The notes: a model not told the origin generated them from the letters alone. A DNA stretch of 64,000 nt from an uncultured virus (IMG/VR IMGVR_UViG_3300030117_005941) (IMGVR_UViG_3300030117_005941:1-64000), one strand, 5' to 3'. Counted from the first letter of the stretch, positions 43,791 through 54,670 are shown. Translations and numbers: made by a program.

Positions 43791-44423
43791 ATGCCAAATG
43801 TAAAATTAACAAAAAGATATTATGGAGCAAAAGAGGCTAAAGAAAGATTAGATACAAAAATTTTTCAATTATTACCTAAAAAAATAACTCCAAAAATTTT
43901 TTTTGATTTATATAACCAATATTTTTATAATATTCCTAATCTTTTACATAGAGAATTTATAACAAGAAGTACAGAATATGTTTATCCTGAAGGCTATACT
44001 AATCCTAGACAAATAGAAATAGATGAACTAACAAAACAAATAAATGATATTAAAGATCAAATAGACTCAGTAGAAAAAGAACATCCTTACTTTAAAAATG
44101 GAAATTTTATTATGGATTTAGTTTATGAAGGTAATCCTCAATCAGCAATATCAGAAGGTAAAGTTTTTTATATGCATTCAAAGAAAAAAAGACCCGTTTT
44201 AAATTATAGTATTTATAGTAATTTAAAAAATAAAATAAGAAAAATTAGAGGTCCTATAGAAGATTCTAATTTTATTATTTTTGTAGATAATATTACATTA
44301 GGGGGAATATCTACTGGTCCCCCTATAGAAAAAACAGAAGATATTTACATACCTGTTTTAGAAATTAATAGGTATGGTCGAGCATTAGTAGATGATGATG
44401 ATGCGATAATTATAAGAGATTAA
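43791..44423 (+). CDS. Hypothetical structural protein
   Basis: Paralogue of the upstream gene's N-terminus. Confidence 0.6.
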   Translation: MPNVKLTKRYYGAKEAKERLDTKIFQLLPKKITPKIFFDLYNQYFYNIPNLLHREFITRSTEYVYPEGYTNPRQIEIDELTKQINDIKDQIDSVEKEHPYFKNGNFIMDLVYEGNPQSAISEGKVFYMHSKKKRPVLNYSIYSNLKNKIRKIRGPIEDSNFIIFVDNITLGGISTGPPIEKTEDIYIPVLEINRYGRALVDDDDAIIIRD

Positions 44424-44425
44424 AA

Positions 44426-47400
44426 ATGGCAGAAGAATATTTTATATTAGATTCAGAATCAACTTCTTCAGTTGACCCTACTATTAACCCCCCTGTATCT
44501 GTAGATACTCTAAGAATAGGTTCAAATTCTCAAGAACTAAATAAAACTTTTGGTAGAAAAGGAGATTATATAGATGTACACATTTATGATACAGAAGGTA
44601 ATCTAGAACTTACAGTTAATGATTGTAAAGATTATTCTATAATAGGAGAAGCTCCATCTAATACTATAGATATTGATGGAAAAGTTATTTTAAGTAATGC
44701 TGGATATACTTCTGGAAAATTTAGATTAAAAGTAAATATTTTTAAAAATAAAATATTTGATACTCTTTCTGATCAATATCCATTTTTAGTAAAAGAAATA
44801 TCTGACAATAGATTAGAAATAAGATCTGTTACTCCTTCAATCAGTAATGAACTTTTTGATTCTGCTGTTAGTAGTTTTATTTCCGAAATAGAATCTTCAG
44901 CATATTTTAAAGAATTCTCCCTTGATTTTGGTGATGATACAATAATACCTGCTGTTAATGTATTATTAAATAAAAATCCTATTAAACATGAATTGCTAAT
45001 AAAAACACTTGAACCTCTTTCCCGTGATTTTCATACGGGCAGAAATTTTAAAGTTGTAGAAGAAATAGTAGATTCATTTTTTATAAATGTAGACTTAGGA
45101 GAAATAACATTTACAGATCCTACTGTTGGTATAAGACCTCCTAATTTTAATATTGATGTTAAAAGATATGCATCAATGCCTTCAAGTTTAAAATCATATG
45201 ATGATATATTAAATTACAAAGTAACTTCTTCTTATGAACATTTATTAAGTAAATTAGAAGATGATGGTATAGATTTAAATATACAATATGATTATATAAG
45301 ACCTACAACAGGAAGTAGTGATGAACCTGTATATCATTTTGAAAATTTTACTCATTTTAGTAGTGCTACAGAACGTTTAAAAAATTTTCAACATAAAATA
45401 AAATTAATTGAAAAATATGATTCTGAAATAAACACTATAAATAATATTGAAGGGTCTACATCTGGAGCTGCTGTTGTTGTAACAGACAAAAGTCATATAT
45501 ACAGAAAAAAAGAAAAACTAATAAAAGGGTTTGATGGTTATGAACAATTTTTATATTTTACTTCAGGAACTTTTGCTTGGCCTAAAACTAACACACATGA
45601 ACCTTATGAATTATATGCAGTAACTTCTTCTGAAGCTAAAGTTTGGTTAGGTAGTGAGGATAGTATTAAAGAAGGTTCTTTATATGGAGGTCAATTATTA
45701 TCTGCTTCTTTATATGATAAAATAAACCATCATAATTTAAATAGATTAATACCAGAACATATTATAGAAAATGAAGATAATGATTTTTATATTAGTTTTA
45801 TAAATATGGTAGGTCAACATTTTGACCATATATGGACTTATATAAAGTCAATGACAGAAATCCATAATACAGACAATATTAATGGTATTTCAAAAGATTT
45901 AGTTTATCTCCAGTTAGGAAGTTTAGGAATAGAATCTTTTGATCAATTTGAAAATGCTGATCTAATAGAATATATTTTAGGTCAAAGTACTAGTCCTGCA
46001 AATACAGTTGGAGAATTAGTAATAGGAGAATATGTTATAGGAGGAAATTCTTTAAATTATTATAATACTCCTATTAATCAAACTTTAGTTACTGCTTCAA
46101 ATGAAGGGTCTATACCTAAATCAGATATTCCTAAAGAAATTATGAAGCGTTTATACCACAATGCTCCTTATTTATTAAAAAATAAAGGAACAAAAAGAGG
46201 TTTAAAAGCATTAATGAGTTGTTATGGTTTTCCTACAAGTATATTAAGTATAAAAGAATATGGAGGGTCTACTCAAGTAGTAGGACCTTTAAAAGATTTA
46301 AAAACAGCAGATTTTTATAAAACTTTTACATATAAAAAATCTTCATTAACATTACATGGAGTTTCTTCTGATGATGAGTTTTTTATAAAAACAAGATGGG
46401 GTTCTCAGTACACTTTACCATTATCTTCATCTGCAAAAACCATTGAATTTAGAATTAAACCACTTAGAAAAGGAGAAATACAAGATGAAAAACAACATTT
46501 ATTTAGTTTATCAGGTAGTGCTATTAATTCTGTAGCTCCTCATTTAGTTTTAAATCCTTATGGAGAAAATGATATATATGAAGAAGGAGACATGTCTCAA
46601 TTTGGTAAATTAGAACTTATCATTAATAACACAGTAGTAGCATCTACAGACAACTTTAAAGTATTTAATGGTGATTTTTGGAATATTTTTATAGGAACCC
46701 CTGGTACTTCAGGTAGTGCTGACGATATAAAATTTGGTGCTTATCAAGCTAACTTTTTAAAAAATATTTTACATTATACTGCTAGTTTTTCTATACCTGA
46801 AGTTCAGAGAAGTTTAACTTTTGGAGATCCCTATTATAACGGAACTAACACTAGCGGAGCAACTAATGTTTTTTTTGGAGGTATGCCCCTTAATTCAGAT
46901 CCTGCCCTTAATAGTGTAGATACACTTGGGTATTCAGGTTCACTTCAAGAAATAAAATATTATTTTCATAAAAGTGGTTCTTTTGAAATGTTATCTCATA
47001 GTACATTAAAAAAACATGCGTTAGAACCTTTTATGTATAGTGGTAATCATATTACTTCTTCTTTTAATGAAGTAATATTAAGATTACCTTTAGGTAGTAA
47101 TGATCAAAGAAATAGTTCTAGTTTTCATCCCGACATAGATACACCTTATTTAGATCCAGGAGATGGTTCTGATATTGAAAGTAATTTTTCAAATCAATCG
47201 TGGATAGAAACAATAGAAAATCATTATTTACCTACTCCTGATACTATTGGTAGATCATGGACAAGTGAAAAAGTAAGATTAGATGAAGGAACAATAGATG
47301 AAAACATATTATCTCTAACAGTTAAAAATGAAACGTCTACATTAGATAGACAACCTCTTGATTACCCTGATTTAGGTATTTTCTTTTCTCCTACAAATGA

Positions 47401-48271
47401 AATAAATGAGGATATAATTTATACTTTAGGAGCTTTTAGATTAGATGATTATATAGGATCCCCTTTACCTTCAGCTCAAACTTCTTCAAAATATGAAGAT
47501 TTAAAAGAAATTAAAGATTATTATTATAAAAAAGTAAAAGAAAAATATAATTATTTTGACTATATAAAAGTTGTTCAACAATTAGACCATACACTTTTTA
47601 AAGTAATAGAACAATTTGTTCCTTATAAAGCTAATACCAAAACAGGACTATTAATAGAACCACATTATTTAGAAAGACCAAAAATTCAAAGAAGTTTACC
47701 TGTTAGATCTGATGGTCAAACAATGATAACAGGATCTCATCAAACTATTGAGGTTCAACTGTCTACTCCTTTTGAAGGTAATAAAATATATAATATGGCT
47801 TCTTCAAGTGCTAAAGATTTTGGACAAGAAGGTATAAAATATTTAGGTAAAACAAAATTACTAACAAGTAATAATGTTAAAGGACAACATGATCCTGGAT
47901 CATATGTAATAGGTCATAATAATTTTACATCCCATTTAACTTCTAGTAAAGGATATAGAAAAGATTATGGAACTAATACTACTATAGGAATTTATGATGA
48001 ATATTTAGATCCATTTTTAAGAGATAAAAACGCTGAAAACCAACAATCAAACCAAGCTCCTATTAAACCCTATACAGGTACAAAATCATTTAGTTATAAA
48101 GCCCATGCTCCAAGAGTTGTAACTCATAATCAAATTCACCCAAAACCACAACTCCCAGAACAAGATGTTTTATTAGGAAATGTAATGAAAGGAAGAAAAT
48201 CTAATAAGTATTATAAATACACAGAATATTTCTTGCAAAGTTCAAGTTTATATGGAAGTTATACCCTTTAA
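44426..48271 (+). CDS. Large baseplate/tail structural protein
   Basis: MVGQHFD.IW, RLYHNAPYLLK.KGT.RGL..L..CYG motif, LamG-like insert, VP....GLLIEPH.LER; context. Confidence 0.65.
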   Translation: MAEEYFILDSESTSSVDPTINPPVSVDTLRIGSNSQELNKTFGRKGDYIDVHIYDTEGNLELTVNDCKDYSIIGEAPSNTIDIDGKVILSNAGYTSGKFRLKVNIFKNKIFDTLSDQYPFLVKEISDNRLEIRSVTPSISNELFDSAVSSFISEIESSAYFKEFSLDFGDDTIIPAVNVLLNKNPIKHELLIKTLEPLSRDFHTGRNFKVVEEIVDSFFINVDLGEITFTDPTVGIRPPNFNIDVKRYASMPSSLKSYDDILNYKVTSSYEHLLSKLEDDGIDLNIQYDYIRPTTGSSDEPVYHFENFTHFSSATERLKNFQHKIKLIEKYDSEINTINNIEGSTSGAAVVVTDKSHIYRKKEKLIKGFDGYEQFLYFTSGTFAWPKTNTHEPYELYAVTSSEAKVWLGSEDSIKEGSLYGGQLLSASLYDKINHHNLNRLIPEHIIENEDNDFYISFINMVGQHFDHIWTYIKSMTEIHNTDNINGISKDLVYLQLGSLGIESFDQFENADLIEYILGQSTSPANTVGELVIGEYVIGGNSLNYYNTPINQTLVTASNEGSIPKSDIPKEIMKRLYHNAPYLLKNKGTKRGLKALMSCYGFPTSILSIKEYGGSTQVVGPLKDLKTADFYKTFTYKKSSLTLHGVSSDDEFFIKTRWGSQYTLPLSSSAKTIEFRIKPLRKGEIQDEKQHLFSLSGSAINSVAPHLVLNPYGENDIYEEGDMSQFGKLELIINNTVVASTDNFKVFNGDFWNIFIGTPGTSGSADDIKFGAYQANFLKNILHYTASFSIPEVQRSLTFGDPYYNGTNTSGATNVFFGGMPLNSDPALNSVDTLGYSGSLQEIKYYFHKSGSFEMLSHSTLKKHALEPFMYSGNHITSSFNEVILRLPLGSNDQRNSSSFHPDIDTPYLDPGDGSDIESNFSNQSWIETIENHYLPTPDTIGRSWTSEKVRLDEGTIDENILSLTVKNETSTLDRQPLDYPDLGIFFSPTNEINEDIIYTLGAFRLDDYIGSPLPSAQTSSKYEDLKEIKDYYYKKVKEKYNYFDYIKVVQQLDHTLFKVIEQFVPYKANTKTGLLIEPHYLERPKIQRSLPVRSDGQTMITGSHQTIEVQLSTPFEGNKIYNMASSSAKDFGQEGIKYLGKTKLLTSNNVKGQHDPGSYVIGHNNFTSHLTSSKGYRKDYGTNTTIGIYDEYLDPFLRDKNAENQQSNQAPIKPYTGTKSFSYKAHAPRVVTHNQIHPKPQLPEQDVLLGNVMKGRKSNKYYKYTEYFLQSSSLYGSYTL

Positions 48272-48281
48272 GTTATAAGAT

Positions 48282-50267
48282 ATGCCCTATTCAAACGATT
48301 TTTTTCCAGATAGCTCAATGACTCAATACCTTCCAGGTACTCCTTCAACAAGTGCTTCTTCACTTGTAACACATAGTTTTAGTGAAAGACTTATGGGAGC
48401 TGAATTTGATGATGCTTTAGTAGATCAAGCTCCTTGGAAAAACCCTAGATATGATGGGTCAAAAATTACAGGTAAAGAAATTAATAAATTTACTCCAGTA
48501 GAAACTGTAGGAATAGGAACTGCTGAAATAACTGTAGATTTTATAATAGGAGGATATCAAAAAGATGGGTGGTTAGGAGATAAAACAGGTCAATTAGGAG
48601 ATACTCCTGTAATTAATAATGAAACAACAGCTTTATATATAGCTAATACTGTTATAGGTGGAACTGAAGATCCACAATTTGCTACTATAAAAGGTCATTC
48701 ATATGTAGGGATTAATAAAATGTTACTTATAAATCCATCAGATGATTCTGTTACTATTATAGATAGGGCTGTAGAACCTTATGAAGAATTTCACAGGTTT
48801 GTAACTAATGATTTTCATACAGGAACTAGGTGTAAAGTAAAAATTATAGATGAATCTATAGGTACTAATTTAAAAGGAGATTATAGAGTAAAAATGAATA
48901 AAGGATATTTACTTAAAACCTTTTCATTTGATCAAGCAGGAGAAAAATCAGGTTCTTTAGATCCCGCACATTCAAAATCTTTATTAGATAATAACTCAAT
49001 GTATCTATATACAAAAGGAAATTTTAGAGATAATTTTATTGTTACTGGATCTACAGCAACAGGTACAGTAACAGCTCAAGAAGATCAACTTAGATTTAGA
49101 TATGGTGTAGTTGAAATGTTTAATGCAGGTACTTCTAGCGGACATCATGGACACCTTTTTGATCATAGAAGAATAGGACCCCTATTTGTTTCTGCTTCAA
49201 TTCATGAAAATAAATTTACCCAAGAATATTATACTGGTAGTTATGGTTTTATAAAACACCAAACAGAAGGAGTACATATTGAAACACAAGCTCGAATGTT
49301 AGGTGCTTCAGGTTTAGGTTCTGCAAGTAGATTTATGGGAGTAGATACTTTAAGTTATTTATCTGAACGTAATACAGATCCATTTTTAACAGAACAAGAA
49401 AAAACAGAAGTACATGTTACCTTTTTTAAAGGTACTAAAGACTTTGCCCCAAACCAACATGATGAAAGAAGTATAGGTACTTTTGAAGTTGATGGAAATA
49501 AAGCTCAATTAGGCATAGAACAAGGAGATAGTTGTAATAATGGGTTACCTACAAATCATGAATTAGTATTTAAAGGTCGTCTTGATAACAGATTTTTACC
49601 TAAAATTGATACTTTTATAGATACTCTTCAAAATGCTCATTTACAATTATTAAGTGCAGATGCAGGTTGTGCACCTACAGGATCTTTACAAGGTACTGTA
49701 GATGGAGATGGTGTTACAACTGCAACAGCAGCAACATTAGGAACTCAAACTCTTATAGGAAGTATACAAGCAGGAGTTACTGTAGATAAAGTAGAAGATT
49801 TTAATTGCTACGTTCAAGGTGGGGCTTTAGGAGTTATAGGATATATAGGAGCTAACAGTGCATCTTTATTTAATGCAGGAAACCCAAATGGTACTCCTAA
49901 TACATTAGCTGAAATACCATTAGATTCTCCATCTCCATTCGCCCCGGGAGCAGGAGGTGGGGGTTTATTTGATCCACCTGCAGGTACTCTTCTTCACCCT
50001 GGATATGGTGAAGGGTCTGATAAATTAATGAAATCTGATAATTTCTATACTGGATCTTTTAACTATGAATTATCATTTTTAGATAAAGATCATACATTAA
50101 TATTAAATTTAGATAAACCTTCTGAACTTTTTGATGGAATAGGAGAAAAAGGCTTAGTTATAGTACCACAAGATTGCTTACCTAAAATAAAAAATAATAT
50201 TGAATTTTATTTAGAAAAAGCAGGAATAATAGAAAACACAACTAACACACAACAAAATTTAGGATAA
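48282..50267 (+). CDS. Hypothetical tail/baseplate protein
   Basis: Gly/Ser/Thr-rich ORF in the structural operon. Confidence 0.55.
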   Translation: MPYSNDFFPDSSMTQYLPGTPSTSASSLVTHSFSERLMGAEFDDALVDQAPWKNPRYDGSKITGKEINKFTPVETVGIGTAEITVDFIIGGYQKDGWLGDKTGQLGDTPVINNETTALYIANTVIGGTEDPQFATIKGHSYVGINKMLLINPSDDSVTIIDRAVEPYEEFHRFVTNDFHTGTRCKVKIIDESIGTNLKGDYRVKMNKGYLLKTFSFDQAGEKSGSLDPAHSKSLLDNNSMYLYTKGNFRDNFIVTGSTATGTVTAQEDQLRFRYGVVEMFNAGTSSGHHGHLFDHRRIGPLFVSASIHENKFTQEYYTGSYGFIKHQTEGVHIETQARMLGASGLGSASRFMGVDTLSYLSERNTDPFLTEQEKTEVHVTFFKGTKDFAPNQHDERSIGTFEVDGNKAQLGIEQGDSCNNGLPTNHELVFKGRLDNRFLPKIDTFIDTLQNAHLQLLSADAGCAPTGSLQGTVDGDGVTTATAATLGTQTLIGSIQAGVTVDKVEDFNCYVQGGALGVIGYIGANSASLFNAGNPNGTPNTLAEIPLDSPSPFAPGAGGGGLFDPPAGTLLHPGYGEGSDKLMKSDNFYTGSFNYELSFLDKDHTLILNLDKPSELFDGIGEKGLVIVPQDCLPKIKNNIEFYLEKAGIIENTTNTQQNLG

Positions 50268-50291
50268 ATAATAATCTTTTTTAAAAAATTT

Positions 50292-50301
50292 ATATTTATA
50301 A
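50292..50301 (+). promoter_or_regulatory. Block B promoter-like motif ATATTTATAA
   Basis: Intergenic, upstream of 50317; TTATATTTATAACAAAA context is shared with the copy at 56344. Confidence 0.6.
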
Positions 50302-50316
50302 CAAAACACAAATAAT

Positions 50317-50979
50317 ATGGGATACTTAGATAACAGTTCAATTACAGTAGATGCGATTTTAACTAAAAGAGGTCGTGAATTACTAGCAAGAAACGATGGT
50401 AGTTTTAAAATTACACAATTTGCCTTAGGAGATGATGAAATTGATTATTCATTATTTAATGAAAGTCACCCAAATGGTACTCAATATGCTTCAGAAGCAA
50501 TTGAAAATATGCCCTTAATTGAAGCAATACCAAATGGAGCTAATTCAATGAATTCTAAACTTATAACTTTAGCTAGAGGTGCACAAGCAATTCCTTACAT
50601 ACAAACATCATACCCAGCTACAGGTATTAGTCTTAACCAAGGAGGTGATGCTACTATATCACCTAGTACTTTTAATCTAACAGGAGGTAACACAGCAGGT
50701 GCTGAAGAATATATATTTACTATTTTAGATAGTAGATTAAGAAATTCTTTTTCAGCTACAGGAGGAACAGCTTCTGCTTCAACTGCAGATATTAATGAAT
50801 TTTCTACTATAGCAACTTCAGAATCTATTAGAGGAACTGTTCTTAATATAGTAGCTACAACAGGTAATGAATTATTTAGCTCAACAATTTTAACTAGAAC
50901 TACTAGTATAATTATAGAAGGAGTTACTTCAGGAGCTATAATATCTATTCCACTTACTATTAATAAAACTACATCATAA
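50317..50979 (+). CDS. Baseplate/tail structural protein
   Basis: VDAILTKRGRELLA...ITQFALGDDEIDY N-domain. Confidence 0.65.
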   Translation: MGYLDNSSITVDAILTKRGRELLARNDGSFKITQFALGDDEIDYSLFNESHPNGTQYASEAIENMPLIEAIPNGANSMNSKLITLARGAQAIPYIQTSYPATGISLNQGGDATISPSTFNLTGGNTAGAEEYIFTILDSRLRNSFSATGGTASASTADINEFSTIATSESIRGTVLNIVATTGNELFSSTILTRTTSIIIEGVTSGAIISIPLTINKTTS

Positions 50980-50990
50980 AATAAATAATA

Positions 50991-52067
50991 ATGTATACAA
51001 GATTTCAAAACACTGATATTGTTACCAGAGAAGCTCAAGAATTAGTAACTTCAACTTGGACAAACAATACAAATAATTTAAAAGTAGCTCATACAGCTTC
51101 TATACAAGCAGATTTTACAACAGCTACAAGTTCAGGTCATTTCTATATTGATGTATATAATGATTTTACAGGATCTACTTCAGCTGAAGTACAATATGCT
51201 GTATCTTATGGTCATAGATTTGGATCAGGATCTCCTGATTTTACTAATGATACAGGTTCTTTTGGTATAACAGCAACAAGAACTGTTTATAATCAATATA
51301 GACAATTACATTTTAATGATGATACTAAATTTTTTGAATTTGGTACTCATACACCTGACAGTGTTTATGTAATCAATATAAATAGATCTAGATATAAACA
51401 AAGATTAACTTTAGGGTCTTTAAATTTAACTATATCAGGAGCAGCAACAGGCCATGCAGGTATGTCTACTATTAAACTTACAGATGATAGTGTTACAAAT
51501 GGTCAAACAGCAGATTCTAATTTAGGACCTGTATATAATATAGTATCAGGTTCAAATGGTGTACTTAGTGGTTCTAAAACAAACCAACTAACTATTAATG
51601 CTAGTGCTTCTACATATGGTAATTTTTATCCTGAATCTGGGTTAATAATTTTAAATGCAGATGCTTTTACAGGATCTATAAATCCAGCATATTATTCAGG
51701 TTCAAATCAAGCATTAGACCAACAAAAACCTCATGAAAGATTCCTTAGACATATATCTACAGTAGGAAATCAAATTTCTTTAGATAACACAGGATCTTTT
51801 ATAGTTGATACTACTGAAGAAATAAATTCACAATTTTATTTTGTTAGAGCAGCAAACAGTCAATTTAATTATACTAATAATGAATCTTTTGTAGATAATA
51901 ATAAAAATATTAGATTTACAACAATGAGACTTAATCCAAAAGTATTCATTACAACAGTAGGATTATACAACGATGCTTTTGAGTTAGTAGCAATAGCAAA
52001 ATTAAGTCAACCAGTCGCTAAAGATTTTACAAAAGAAGCACTTATTAGAGTAAAATTAGACTATTAA
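50991..52067 (+). CDS. Baseplate/tail structural protein
   Basis: C-terminal ITTVGLYND..ELVAIAKLSQP domain shared with the next gene. Confidence 0.65.
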   Translation: MYTRFQNTDIVTREAQELVTSTWTNNTNNLKVAHTASIQADFTTATSSGHFYIDVYNDFTGSTSAEVQYAVSYGHRFGSGSPDFTNDTGSFGITATRTVYNQYRQLHFNDDTKFFEFGTHTPDSVYVININRSRYKQRLTLGSLNLTISGAATGHAGMSTIKLTDDSVTNGQTADSNLGPVYNIVSGSNGVLSGSKTNQLTINASASTYGNFYPESGLIILNADAFTGSINPAYYSGSNQALDQQKPHERFLRHISTVGNQISLDNTGSFIVDTTEEINSQFYFVRAANSQFNYTNNESFVDNNKNIRFTTMRLNPKVFITTVGLYNDAFELVAIAKLSQPVAKDFTKEALIRVKLDY

Positions 52068-52079
52068 AATGTTATTTGA

Positions 52080-53954
52080 ATGGCATATGTCTATAAACAA
52101 TTTTCAGCAAACGATATAGCAACGGTACCTTTTAATGCTCACAAACAATATGATTTTACTTCTGCTTCTGCCGTAACTAATAAAGTATCTACTTTTAGTG
52201 GACAATATACTTCAGAATCAATATCTCTTTACAGTTCAGCTAGTGCTGCATATGGAAGTGATACAAAAAATGTTGTAAAATATAATCAAATAGATCATTT
52301 ATTTTATAACAATTATATAAAAAATGTAGGTAAAAAAAAAGATTTTTTAAATTATCTTAAACAACGTAGAGAATTATATGAAAAAATCAATATATTATCC
52401 ATACCCACAGGTTTGTATGGATTTGAAGTAAGAAAATCTTCATTTTATGTAAGTTCTAGTAAATACGAAGTTACAGATGATTCTTTTGGTAATTTAATTA
52501 TTAGTGGTACTATTATAGATAACTATCCTAATATTAAAAGCAATGTATTTAGATTAGATCCTATTAAAGGATTTAAAAAATATGATTTAAGTATTTATGA
52601 TGGATATGCTATAGTTATGGAAGGTCCTTTTATAGGAAATCATCCAACAGTTGCTAGAAGTCATTATAGAAGAGGTTCAGTAAACCCAAAAGCATCTTCT
52701 TCTTACACTACAGTACCTAGGTTTCCTTTAGGATATTTTCCAAAAGATGAAGACGATAGTTATGTTCTTAATGAATTAAATTATACTAATATAACTTTCA
52801 AATCTTCTTCTTTAGGATCTTCTAGTCATAAATTTCCCTCTATAAATTTTAATAGTGCTATAACATCATCTATTAAAATTAACCATGATGATAAATTTAA
52901 TTTTAATAGTAATGATGATTTTTCAATTTCATTTTGGATAACACCACAAGCAACAGGATCTGATGGGGGTATGGATATTAATGAAAAAAGATATATTATT
53001 GCTAAAAGTGGAACTAAAACAGTACATGTAAGTGGTTCTTCTCCTTTAGATACAAATGCTGGTCCTCAATATCCTTTTGAAATATATATGAGGAGTCAAT
53101 CATTATATTTTTCAAGATCTGATGGAGAACAAACAATTACTATTAGTGGAGAAATAACTTCTAGTGCTGAAGGAGCTAAAAGAACTTCTCATATATTATG
53201 CCAAACTTCAGCGTCTATAATGGAACTTTGGTTTGATGGTAATAAAATAGATTCCCAACTATATAGTTTTAAAGAAAAAACAAAAAATAAAGCTAACCTA
53301 TATATAGGTTCAAAAGGACATAATACTACCTCAGATAAAATATCTATTGGAGTTGGAGATTTAGAAATAGGAGGTAATTTTGAAGTAGATAATTATTATC
53401 TTTCTGATAAAGGTACTATTAAACATTTTAATGGACAATTAAATAATATTAATATATGGTCTAGAGCATATAACTCAACTCAAATAGCAAATATATCAGA
53501 AAGTATTAATGCTTCTCCATATATAGGAAACATTTTTTATCAAAGTGGTTTTGCAACTATTACTCATCCTAAGTATCATGATATTTTAAGGACACCTATA
53601 GGTATAGGAACTGATGGTATGACTATTGGAGAAGACTTTATAGTAGATGCAGGAATTGAAAATGGAATAAAAACACTACAATTCCAAGGTTCACATTTAA
53701 TTTATGAACATGAATATCATTGTAATGTTCAAGAACATGAATTTAATAGCACTACTAATTTTTCAGCAAGAGATAAATTTGAAAATCCTTATAATTTAGC
53801 TAACTTTACTACGAGTTCTAATTTTAGACCATATGTATCAACGATTGGGTTATATAACCAAGCATATGAATTATTAGTTATTGGTAAACTAGGACAACCA
53901 ATACCTATATCAGATCAAACTGATACAACTTTTGTGGTCCGTTGGGATACCTAA
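52080..53954 (+). CDS. Tail protein with LamG/ConA-like domain
   Basis: DFSISFWI...LYIG...FNGQLNNINIWSRA; C-terminal VSTIGLYN...LLVIGKLGQP. Confidence 0.7.
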   Translation: MAYVYKQFSANDIATVPFNAHKQYDFTSASAVTNKVSTFSGQYTSESISLYSSASAAYGSDTKNVVKYNQIDHLFYNNYIKNVGKKKDFLNYLKQRRELYEKINILSIPTGLYGFEVRKSSFYVSSSKYEVTDDSFGNLIISGTIIDNYPNIKSNVFRLDPIKGFKKYDLSIYDGYAIVMEGPFIGNHPTVARSHYRRGSVNPKASSSYTTVPRFPLGYFPKDEDDSYVLNELNYTNITFKSSSLGSSSHKFPSINFNSAITSSIKINHDDKFNFNSNDDFSISFWITPQATGSDGGMDINEKRYIIAKSGTKTVHVSGSSPLDTNAGPQYPFEIYMRSQSLYFSRSDGEQTITISGEITSSAEGAKRTSHILCQTSASIMELWFDGNKIDSQLYSFKEKTKNKANLYIGSKGHNTTSDKISIGVGDLEIGGNFEVDNYYLSDKGTIKHFNGQLNNINIWSRAYNSTQIANISESINASPYIGNIFYQSGFATITHPKYHDILRTPIGIGTDGMTIGEDFIVDAGIENGIKTLQFQGSHLIYEHEYHCNVQEHEFNSTTNFSARDKFENPYNLANFTTSSNFRPYVSTIGLYNQAYELLVIGKLGQPIPISDQTDTTFVVRWDT

Positions 53955-53963
53955 TATGTATAA
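53954..53963 (+). promoter_or_regulatory. Block B promoter-like motif variant ATATGTATAA
   Basis: One mismatch; upstream of 53983. Confidence 0.45.
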
Positions 53964-53982
53964 TAAAATAAATAAATAAAAA

Positions 53983-54666
53983 ATGGCATCAAATAAAACA
54001 AGAACACAATTAAAACAATACTTTGAAACAGGAGACAAACCAACACAAGCACAATTTGCCGACTTAATAGAAAGTAATGTAAATTTAACTGACGCTACAA
54101 CGGTTACAGGAGATTTAGAAATTTCATCATCATTATTACAAGTATCAGCATCATCTTTTACAACTAGAGGAGCAGGAGCTGCTACAGGTTCAAATTTTCA
54201 TTGTAAATTAGCTCATTTTAATGGAGAAACTATTACTACAATATTAGTAGACATTGAAGGTATGAAATCTAAAAATGATGAAGGAGATGTAATTGGTATA
54301 GCAGGAACAAATAGTGCAAGTTTAATGAAGTGGGATACTGCTAAACATGGTATTTTATACAAAGTAGAAATGGCATGTCTTGAAGCACCTACAGGTGGAA
54401 CAGAAGATATTGATTTAAGAAGTAATGCAGCAGGAGGATTAACATATGATGGGGATTGCAATAGTTGTACAGCATTATTAGCAGCAGGAGGTGATTGGGC
54501 TGTAGGTAAACGTTTAGGAACAGACGGTGCTAATGGTACTCAAACCCAAATAGCAGCAAATGGTGATCATATCTATTTAGTAGCAGGAGATGCAGGAACA
54601 GACGGTGTTTATACCGCTGGTAAATATATTATTAAATTTTATGGAGTAAAAGCAGATTTTAGCTAA
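53983..54666 (+). CDS. Putative fibre/appendage protein
   Basis: N-terminal RTQLKQYFETGDKPTQAQFADLIES anchor-like motif plus a beta-rich C-domain. Confidence 0.55.
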   Translation: MASNKTRTQLKQYFETGDKPTQAQFADLIESNVNLTDATTVTGDLEISSSLLQVSASSFTTRGAGAATGSNFHCKLAHFNGETITTILVDIEGMKSKNDEGDVIGIAGTNSASLMKWDTAKHGILYKVEMACLEAPTGGTEDIDLRSNAAGGLTYDGDCNSCTALLAAGGDWAVGKRLGTDGANGTQTQIAANGDHIYLVAGDAGTDGVYTAGKYIIKFYGVKADFS

Positions 54667-54670
54667 AATT

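Noticed and set aside
34936..54666. Bacterial extracellular contractile injection system or tailocin
   Set aside because: Primase, sigma-like factor and putative head proteins flank the module and no cellular housekeeping genes are present, so a phage is more parsimonious
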